Shown: positions 21,016 to 29,489 of the stretch, piece by piece
Layout: the number at the start of each line of letters is the position of its first letter
Numbering within the stretch: the first letter of the stretch is position 1
Assembly (NCBI GenBank): GCA_963758295.1
Contig: CAVWUU010000003.1
Coordinates: 128,001-192,000 of the forward strand
DNA: 64,000 nucleotides
Direction: 5' to 3'
Source of the DNA: Candidatus Eremiobacteria bacterium
GTDB taxonomy: Bacteria > Vulcanimicrobiota > Vulcanimicrobiia > Vulcanimicrobiales > Vulcanimicrobiaceae
Translations under genes and position numbers: made by a program
Notes under the pieces: generated by a model
The model's input: the letters and a program-made list of their open reading frames with translations, nothing else
What the model was told of the DNA's origin: nothing
Database searches by the model: none

Positions 21016-21453
21016 ATGGAATGGAACCACCGAGTCGCCGCGTTGTTCCTCACGTTCGTGGTTTCAGCCACGGCGTTTGCCTATGCGGCCGCTCCCAGCG
21101 TTCAGCTCAAGCTGAGCGGATCGATCGTTACTTCAACCGCGCCCGGAAAGACGGCATACTTGCCGCTTACGCGATCCGTGAAAGCCGGCGAAGTCGTCCG
21201 CTACACGATCGTGGCGCATAACGGCGGCAGCGCGCCGGCCTATCAGCTGGCTCCGGTCGGCAACATTCCCGCGCGGACCGCGTTCTTGAAGATTGACGAA
21301 TCGCCGCAGGGCGCGCACGTCGAATATACGGCTGACGGTAAGAAATGGTCCAAGGCGCCGATGAGCGGAATGCGCTCTTTGCGTTGGACGCTCTCGCGTG
21401 CGCTGCCGCAAGGCGCCACGTCGACCTTCGCCTACGAGGTCCGCGTTAAATGA
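21016..21453 (+). CDS. Small secreted single incomplete DUF11-like domain protein (putative chaperone/cap)
   Basis: Signal peptide, then AGEVVRYTIVAHNGGSAPA...LRWTL...FAYEVRVK*. RBS GGAGG upstream. Confidence 0.75.
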   Translation: MEWNHRVAALFLTFVVSATAFAYAAAPSVQLKLSGSIVTSTAPGKTAYLPLTRSVKAGEVVRYTIVAHNGGSAPAYQLAPVGNIPARTAFLKIDESPQGAHVEYTADGKKWSKAPMSGMRSLRWTLSRALPQGATSTFAYEVRVK

Positions 21454-23942
21454 AGCGGTATCTCGTTTCTGCAGCAGCGTGGCTGACGGCAGCATCACTT
21501 GCCGCTAATGTGGTTTTGCTTCCGCTTGGAAGCGACGCCGCGAACGGCCACGACGATCCAGGCACGCAAATTACGAACAGCGCAAGCGCCGTCTATAAAG
21601 ACGCCGCCGGCAATACGTACAACACGACTTCCAACACCGTAACGACGACGGTGCAAAACGCGCCGACGTTGACGAACGTTCAAGGCAGCGGCACGAGCTA
21701 TGCGCCGGGTCAGACGATCGCCGACACGTTCGTCATCACGAACACCGGTAACGGCCCCGGCACGTTGCAGCTTTCCGATTCGAGCGCGGCACCGACTGCT
21801 TCATCGGATGCCGTTCTCGCGGGCAGCGATGCCGCCTCAGCAACGCTCGGCAACAACGCCGCGACCTGTACCACTCCGGTCGGATCGCAGTCTGCGCCGT
21901 GTAAGTACTCGGCCACCGTCGGCGGCACGACGTACTCCTTCACGAGCTTCAACGGCACGTCGGACAACAATTCCCTCGACTACTGGCTGTTGCACACCAA
22001 TGGAACGACGGCAGCCGGCTCGTCCATCACCGTCACGGTGTATTACACCCTCTCGAATTCGGCGACGACGCCCGGAACCGTAACGTCGCAGATCTTTGCG
22101 ACGGTCGCGTATGCCGCGTCGGGAAGCGCTCCTGCCGAGACCTCGGCGTCGGTTTCCGCAACGGAATCGAACACGGTGACCGCCGATGCGCGCCTCGACT
22201 TATACAAGGCGAGCTCGCAAAACGGCTCGACCGGCGACATCACCTATACGATCTCCGCGCATAACGGTGGCGCGTTTGCCGCCAAGGACTTGCAGTCTGT
22301 CAAAGCGCTCCTCGGTGCAGCCACGGCCGGTGTCTTCATCACCGATCGCATTCCGCAGTTCGGTGGATCGCCGTTGACGCTGAGCAACTCCGGTGCGGTT
22401 ACGGTTACGCCGAATGCTGCTTACGGTTATGCGACCGGCGCTACGGCGGACGTGTACTACACGACGTCGGCGAACGGCTCGTCGGGCTGGACAAAGGCTG
22501 CGGGAAATCTTCCGACCGACGGCACCGTCACGTACATCGGCATCTTTATTCACGGCGGTACGTGTACGAGCGCCGGGTACGAGCTATGCGCCGATACCGG
22601 GCACGGGACGACTCCGGGCAACGCAAACGTTGCATCCGCCGCCGCCCTGCAATTTGCGTTCACCGTCGCACAGCCCACGGGGCCGGGATCCGCTAACTCC
22701 GGTTCGGTGAAGAACATCGCGAACGGCGTCATCGGCGATAACCAGCCGACGGAACATATTCTGGGACCGGGTATTCCGGGCGGTACGGCCGATAGCGGTT
22801 CGTCGACGCCGCTCACCACGGCCGGACAGGGCGTGAACAATACGACGAACACGTCCACCAACGGCGGATCGAATCAAACCAGCGATCAGGCGTTGTCGTC
22901 CTATGCACCGTTGAATGGACCCGCGGGCCAGCCGGCGGCGACTGGAAGCTACGACGGCGCCGTCGCGAGCAATACGAGCGACGACTTTACTGCATATCCG
23001 TTTGGTCTTGCCGGTGATGCCGTCGCCAACACCAGCACAACCCCCGGCACTCCGACCACCGTCGCGACGCTTGGTGCCGGCGGCCAGACGCTCTGTGTGC
23101 CGAACACCGTAAAGAACAACGGCAACCACGACGACGCGTTTAACGTCGTCGCCAATGCCCCGACGCAGTACGCCGTCCCGGCTACTACCGGCGGTACGGT
23201 GGTCGCCACGTGGAAGGTCGGCATCTACTCGGACAATCTGTGTAGTTCCGCGCTCGGCGGTGCTACGGACGGCTCCAGTTCGTCGACTGCTTCGAACGTG
23301 AGCGTCACGTCCGGAAATGCGCTCAACTATTATGTGAAGTATATTGTGCCGGCCGGCGCGCCGTACTTCAATCGCTTCGACTCGGTAATCACGGCGACGA
23401 GCATCGGCGACAACACCAAGTCCAACACGACGCACGACGAACTATACTCCGGCTTCATTGCTCTGACGAAATCGCAAAGCGTCACAAGCAACGGCTGTCC
23501 GGCAGGCGTGTCACCGTCCTACGCGGCCAACACGGTTTGTCCGACCGGCGTACTGAAATACACCGTCGACTACCGCAACCTCGTAATGGGCACGAGCAGC
23601 ACGAACGCTTCGTTTAGCGCGGTCGTCACCTCGGCTGGCTCGTTGCAAATCACGGATGACGGCACGCTTTCCACATCGGCCTCAAGCACCACGACGCCGA
23701 ACTGGGCATCGTTCGCGGCAATGACGGCGTCGCCGGCCGATACGACGACGGGTTCGACCTACACGTACTACACCGGTGTACCGGCGAGCGGCGGCGGCAG
23801 CGCGACGTGGTCGTCGAGCGCAACGAAGTTCATCGACCTTGTCGGCGGAGCTGCGTTCCAATTGGTTCCTAAAAACTACAACGCTCCGTCTGCGTCGCAA
23901 GGAAACCAAGGAACGATCCAGTTCTCGATCTCGGTACAATAG
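21450..23942 (+). CDS. Secreted multi-Ig (DUF11-like) protein, putative major pilin/shaft
   Basis: Signal peptide, N-terminal PGTQITNSASAVY...SNTVTTTV, one internal complete DUF11-like domain and a C-terminal incomplete one. Rich in Thr, Ser, Gly and Ala. Confidence 0.75.
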   Translation: MKRYLVSAAAWLTAASLAANVVLLPLGSDAANGHDDPGTQITNSASAVYKDAAGNTYNTTSNTVTTTVQNAPTLTNVQGSGTSYAPGQTIADTFVITNTGNGPGTLQLSDSSAAPTASSDAVLAGSDAASATLGNNAATCTTPVGSQSAPCKYSATVGGTTYSFTSFNGTSDNNSLDYWLLHTNGTTAAGSSITVTVYYTLSNSATTPGTVTSQIFATVAYAASGSAPAETSASVSATESNTVTADARLDLYKASSQNGSTGDITYTISAHNGGAFAAKDLQSVKALLGAATAGVFITDRIPQFGGSPLTLSNSGAVTVTPNAAYGYATGATADVYYTTSANGSSGWTKAAGNLPTDGTVTYIGIFIHGGTCTSAGYELCADTGHGTTPGNANVASAAALQFAFTVAQPTGPGSANSGSVKNIANGVIGDNQPTEHILGPGIPGGTADSGSSTPLTTAGQGVNNTTNTSTNGGSNQTSDQALSSYAPLNGPAGQPAATGSYDGAVASNTSDDFTAYPFGLAGDAVANTSTTPGTPTTVATLGAGGQTLCVPNTVKNNGNHDDAFNVVANAPTQYAVPATTGGTVVATWKVGIYSDNLCSSALGGATDGSSSSTASNVSVTSGNALNYYVKYIVPAGAPYFNRFDSVITATSIGDNTKSNTTHDELYSGFIALTKSQSVTSNGCPAGVSPSYAANTVCPTGVLKYTVDYRNLVMGTSSTNASFSAVVTSAGSLQITDDGTLSTSASSTTTPNWASFAAMTASPADTTTGSTYTYYTGVPASGGGSATWSSSATKFIDLVGGAAFQLVPKNYNAPSASQGNQGTIQFSISVQ

Positions 23943-23950
23943 AACAACCC

Positions 23951-26125
23951 ATGAAAGCACGGCCCGCTCTTCGGGTTGTAGCGACTGTCGCGTTGTGCTG
24001 CGTCTTTGCGGCACAGCGCGGTTTCGCTGCTCCTGCGGGCGGCGCCGCAATCGTGAACGCGGTTTCGGCAACCTACGCCGACGCCGCTTCGCACGTGTAT
24101 CAGACGTCGTCTAACGCCATCGTCGCTACGGTCGCGAGTCTCTCGTCAGTCGTCGTTTCGCCGAAGGAAGCCTCGGCAAACGCCTCGGCGGACGGAGTGC
24201 CCGTCGCCTCGACGGTGACGCGGACTTTCACGATTACCAATACTTCCAATATTCCAGACGCGTATCAGATCGACAAACTTTCGGCTGGTACGCTGGCTAT
24301 TTCCAAAGTCGTGTGGATTACTTCATCGGGCTCGATCGCAACCCGCATCAACGGCAGCACGTCGCCGGCTGTTGCGCCCAACGCCTCGATCTCCGCGCAG
24401 GTTACGATTTCCACGAACGGCATGACGATCGGCCAGAGCGTGGCGATACAATTTGAAGCGCATACGACGGTAACCGGCACGCAGAACGGCATCGCTGCGG
24501 ACAGCGGGCAACAGTGGCTTGTCGGCACGTCGGGTCCGCATCTCGTAGGCCCCGCGGGCGCGAACACCCTCGTTTCCAAAACGGTGAACGAATCATCGCT
24601 TGTGCAATCACAGCCCGGAAGTTCCGTGCAGTTCCAAATTGCCGCGAAAAATGCGGGCGGCAGTGCGGCGACCAACGTGAAGATTTCGGATCCCGTCCCT
24701 GCGGGATTGGCGATCGATTTGTCGTCGGCGACGATCGACGGACAGCCGGCGGGCGCGCAAGCTTCCGTGTCGGGACAGACGATTACCTTCGTGATCCCGC
24801 AGCTCGACGGCGGCGTTATGCTGAACGTGGCGTTTCGCGCATCTTTGCCGCCGGGCAACACGCTTGGACAATCCTTCGTTAACGTTGCATCTATTTCCGC
24901 GGACGGCATTCCGGCGCAAGGCACTACGCCGGCCGACGTCTTCGACGGCTCGGCCGACATCGTGTTCGACGGCTATGCCGGCGGCTCGCATCCGGTCGGC
25001 GGCGCAACCGTAGCGTTGCTGGACGCAGCCGGTAACCCGGTGAATCTCGCGTCTGCGACCCCGGCAGATCGCGCGCGCATGGCTTCGGCGGCGCAGAGCG
25101 GGACGACCAATCCGGTCGTCACCACCAACGACGGAACGTATGGATTTGCGCTTTCCGCATCCGCCATCCCGTCGCAAGGCGCGCGCTATTACTTGACAAT
25201 TGCCGCGCCCGGGTATCTGAACCGCCGTATCGCGGTCGACGTTGCACCCGCGGCTCATGCGTCCTTTTACAATGTTACCCAAACCTCAGTGGACGGTCAG
25301 CCGCTTGCGATGGCGGGCGGCTTTACGCTGACGAAAAACAACGTCAGCATTCAAGACGTTTTCGGATTGTTTGGAAACCTGCCGCTTTTCGCGCAAAGCA
25401 CCATCGTCGTTTCTAAGACGAGCGACAAACAGGCCGCATCGGCCGGCGATCGTGTGATGTACTCGCTACAGTTTCAAGACCAGTCGGCGATGGCGTTCAA
25501 CGACGTCGCGGTTGTAGACACGATGCCGGCCGGACTGGTCTACCTGCGCGGCACCGCTCGCCTTGACGGCGACGCGATCGAGCCGCGCGTTGAAGGGCGC
25601 ACGCTCACGTGGGACCTCAGCTCGCTCGCGCCTTCCGAACAACACACGATCGCGTATGCGGCGACGATTTTCGGCGACATCGCGCCCGGTTCGACGCTTA
25701 CGAATCAGGTTGCCGTTTCCGGAACGGGAAGTTCCGGCGGCGTGCGCGCGAGCGGATCCTCTTCGGCAACGGTGACGGTGCTCGGCGGACCGTTTTCCGC
25801 GCGGCGCGTCGTGGCGGGACGCGTGTTCTTCGACGATGCCAAAACGGGAACGTTCGCTAAGGGCGATCGCGTCGCCGCGGGCGTTCGCGTGTTCATGGAA
25901 GACGGTTCGTTTGCGTTAACCGACGTTAACGGCGCGTTCTCGTTCCCCGCGGTCCGTCCGGGCATGCATGCATTGCGCCTGGATCCGCTTTCGCTGCCGG
26001 CTAATGCGCTCGTCGCGAGCGATGCGCCGATGACTTCGCCGTACTCGCTCGAACGGTTGCTGCACGGCATTTTAGACGACGCAACGATGGAAGACGTCGA
26101 GTTCGCGTTGGAGCCGAAATCGTGA
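23951..26125 (+). CDS. Secreted DUF11-repeat protein with prealbumin/SdrD-B-like domains, putative base/anchor
   Basis: Signal peptide, N-terminal GAAIVNAVSATY...SNAIVATV, two complete DUF11 domains, and C-terminal GRVFFD...TDVNGAFSF...PGMHALRLD. Confidence 0.8.
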   Translation: MKARPALRVVATVALCCVFAAQRGFAAPAGGAAIVNAVSATYADAASHVYQTSSNAIVATVASLSSVVVSPKEASANASADGVPVASTVTRTFTITNTSNIPDAYQIDKLSAGTLAISKVVWITSSGSIATRINGSTSPAVAPNASISAQVTISTNGMTIGQSVAIQFEAHTTVTGTQNGIAADSGQQWLVGTSGPHLVGPAGANTLVSKTVNESSLVQSQPGSSVQFQIAAKNAGGSAATNVKISDPVPAGLAIDLSSATIDGQPAGAQASVSGQTITFVIPQLDGGVMLNVAFRASLPPGNTLGQSFVNVASISADGIPAQGTTPADVFDGSADIVFDGYAGGSHPVGGATVALLDAAGNPVNLASATPADRARMASAAQSGTTNPVVTTNDGTYGFALSASAIPSQGARYYLTIAAPGYLNRRIAVDVAPAAHASFYNVTQTSVDGQPLAMAGGFTLTKNNVSIQDVFGLFGNLPLFAQSTIVVSKTSDKQAASAGDRVMYSLQFQDQSAMAFNDVAVVDTMPAGLVYLRGTARLDGDAIEPRVEGRTLTWDLSSLAPSEQHTIAYAATIFGDIAPGSTLTNQVAVSGTGSSGGVRASGSSSATVTVLGGPFSARRVVAGRVFFDDAKTGTFAKGDRVAAGVRVFMEDGSFALTDVNGAFSFPAVRPGMHALRLDPLSLPANALVASDAPMTSPYSLERLLHGILDDATMEDVEFALEPKS

Positions 26126-29100
26126 TGAAACTTTCACGGTTTCTTCAGTGCGCGGGCGCCACGTTAAGCATGTTCGCTATATTCGGCCAGCAAACCGTGG
26201 GCGGTTCGTTCGCGGCTACGGTCACGCCTCCGGCCGCAGCCGCTACACCGGCGGCCTCCGCAGCACCGGCCGGCTTTGTGGTACCAAACGCTTCCGCGTC
26301 ACCCGCCGCGTCGGAAACCGCCGAGAGCCTTTCGAATCTCACCTACACGGCCACCGGGACGCTGCAGGCGTCGTTCGTCGCGCCGGTTAGCGATGATGCC
26401 TCACCGGTAACGGCCGCGCAAGTCGTCGTTTCTACGCAACGCGGTGCAGGCATCGAACTTCGCGCGAACGACGTCGTTATTGATTCCAAGCATCTCGGCA
26501 AACGCACCGTCAATACGAAGACCGGCGAAACGCAATACTTTTTTTACGGCGTGCCGCTCGCGCCCGGACCGAATACCCTAAGCGCAACGCCGCTGGGCGC
26601 GGGGGATACGCGCGGGCCTGAATCGTCGATAACGGTTTACGGTCCGTCGGAGGCGGCCAGCGTAAAGGCCGAATTCGGCCAACATCTTGTCGCAGACGGA
26701 AAGACGGCGGTACCCCTGAACATCACCGTCCTAGACCGTTTCGGCCACGCGTCACTTCCCGCTCAGCGCGTGCACGTTGCCATTCTCAGCGGCGACGTGC
26801 ACTTCGTCGATCTGCCGAAAGAGGACAGCGCACAAGCGGCGCCGGCCGCATCGCCGTCGCCCAACGTCGTGGCTTCGCCGCCGTCGCAGGGGCGCGAAGC
26901 GACTGTCGCGTTGCCCGTTGGTGCCTATTTCTCGCTGCGCGTGCAACCGGGCGTCGTAGCCGGTCCTTTCGAAGTTGAAATTCGAGCGGGGAACGCGTAC
27001 GCGCGTAAAACGTTTTATGTCGATCCGTTCGTCCGTTCGGCGTTCGTCAACGGCGTCGTCAGCGCGGGAACCGGCATCGTGCCGGGCGCCGTAGACGGCG
27101 ACGCGTTGTACGACAACGGCGGCGCGCGGCACGAGCGGCTGGCGATGTTCGGCACGGGCGCCGTCGGGAAGTCGCTGCTTACCGTCGCTTACGAATCGCA
27201 GAACCGGCTCTCGCCCGTGTCGTCTTTTGGCCCCTTCGTGGACGATCCCAACGAGCGTCCGTATTTGACCTACGGCGATGCCTCGCAAGTCACGTCGCCC
27301 TATCATTCCGAAGATCATCTCTACGCCCGTGTCGATCGCGGGCGCAGCAGCGCCATGTGGGGACAGTATCAAGCCTCAATCGGGCCGAACGACGTAGGAT
27401 CGTACCAGCAGTTGCTAAGCGGCGCGAAAGTGGATCTTTCGCTTGGTCGCGACGCGCGCGCAAACGTCGTGGGCTTTTCCGCTCGCAACGATCAAGCGTT
27501 CGTTTCTCAAATTCTTCCGGTCTCCGGTCTAGCTCAATTGATGCAGCCGCTACATCCGCAAATCGTCGTATCTTCCGAATTGCTGCAACTCGTGACGCTC
27601 GACCGCAGCACCGGCCTCGTCCTCCACGAAGTGCCGTTGCTACGGAACGTCGATTACACGATCGACTATGCCACCGGCACGCTGCGTTTCATCAACGTTC
27701 CGCTGCCGTACGACGAAGAATTCAACCCGCAAGTCATTTCGCTGCAGTACGAATATGAGGGCCCGGGCGTGCAGTCGCAGACGACGGGCGGCCAATTCAA
27801 CTACGATCTGTCGCCCGACCATCACACGAAGCTGCTGTTGAGCTACGTGAACGATGCTACCGGAACCCAGAATTTTGCGCTCTCGAGCGAAGCGCTGACG
27901 CGTACGTGGAGCGGCGGATCGGTGCACCTTTCGCGTGCGACCAGTTTTGGAATGATGCCGAACGCCGGGAACACGCTGCAGCTCGGCGGGAAAAAGTTCC
28001 GAACTCCGGAAGCGCGTATTCGTTTGCGTTCGACGAACGGGCTCGCGGGGATGCCGTCAACCTCGGATTTCAATCGACGACCGCCGGCTACGACGATCCG
28101 TTCGGCGGCTTCAGCACGCCGGGAACCAACGCATATCGTGCCCTGTGGAATCACGGAACGCAGACGAAGGGCCAGCTTTCGTTGAGCTACTCCGGCCAGC
28201 AGAACCACGGCGTCGGCGAGGAGAGCCGCGAAGGCGATCTGACGCTCCAATTGATCCGGACTCTCGCGCGTAACCTCACCGGCTCGTTCGGATTTACGCA
28301 ACACCAACAGCGCGTTGGCGGCGTGGTTTCAGCATCGCCGGCTCCGGGCGTCGCACTTGCAAACACGGCGCAAACGCAGGCGCAAGCCGCCCTCGACTAC
28401 CAACTTCCCAAACACTTCGGTGTCGCGATCTCCGAAGCCATGACGCTCGCGGGCTCGGACGTCGGTTCCACGCAGCCGTCGCAAACCGCCATCGAGGCCT
28501 CGTACGATCTTCCAAAGCAGGGGCGCATTTTCGCGCGCGAATTGCTGAGCGCGCAACCGTCGGCGACGTTTGCAAACTCGACTTCTAACTTGAACGTCGG
28601 CTCGGGCTCCACGCGCTCGCTGCAGCTCGGCATAGAACAGCCGCTTTCCTCGGCGACTTCTGTTAGCTCGCAATACGTGGTCGATCAGACCGGGTCGGGT
28701 TTGAACGTTTATGATGCCGCCGGCGTCGACGAACGGCTGCATTTGACCAAAACGATCGGCGCAAATTTTCAAGTGCAAGCCGCTAATGCGGTCGGCAACG
28801 GCGCGCAAGGGTTTACGCTTTTGAGCGGCACGCTTAACTATGCGGGCGTTCCCGGCGGCTTCCGTTCCTCGCTTTCGTACCAGGATCGCACGGGCGATAC
28901 CGGCGGATCCACGCTCGCCGCTGCCCTTGCGGGACGCGTTACGGCGAATGTTTCAGCCGTCGGGTTCATTCAGCACGCGTACGGAAACGGCATCGACGCG
29001 ATCAACGACCGCCTCTCGTTTGCGTATCGCCCGTCGACAAGCGACCGGCTCATCTCGCTCTTTGATTACACGCGCACAAACGGCGCGTCGTTGAGCGGTG

Positions 29101-29489
29101 AGGCTTCTAACGTGCTCTCGTTCGAAGAACTTTTCCACGCGACGCCGCGCTTGGAACTTGCAGGACGCATGGCGTACAAGCTTGACGGCGGCGGATTGTA
29201 CGTCGCAAAGACGACGCTGTACGCGCTTCGCGCACGGCAAACTATCGGCAAAACAAACGACATCGGCGCCGAAGTGCGCACAATTAACGTGCCGGGCGGA
29301 ACCGGTGCGCGCCAAACCGAAGTCGCGGTCGAAGCGGGTCAAACGCTGGGCCGCAGCGCGCGTGTTGGTCTCGGTTACAACCTCTCCGGCAGCGTCGATC
29401 CGACGCTCGTGGGACAAGCGCAACGCCATGGATTCTACCTGACGGTAACGTCTTTGATCGACCGGATCTTCGGATGGGGCAAACCGTGA
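26122..29489 (+). CDS. Large outer-membrane beta-barrel protein (about 1120 aa) with N-terminal Ig-like domains; one frameshift
   Basis: Signal peptide, YLTYGDAS, RNVDYTIDYATGTLRF, and a long run of alternating amphipathic strands. ORFs 26122-28185 and 27906-29489 join near the A-run at 27991-27995. Confidence 0.7.

Noticed and set aside
27991..27996. Programmed frameshift or phase variation at the A-run in the barrel gene
   Set aside because: The run is short and the region has many unrelated indels, so homopolymer error is the simpler explanation.
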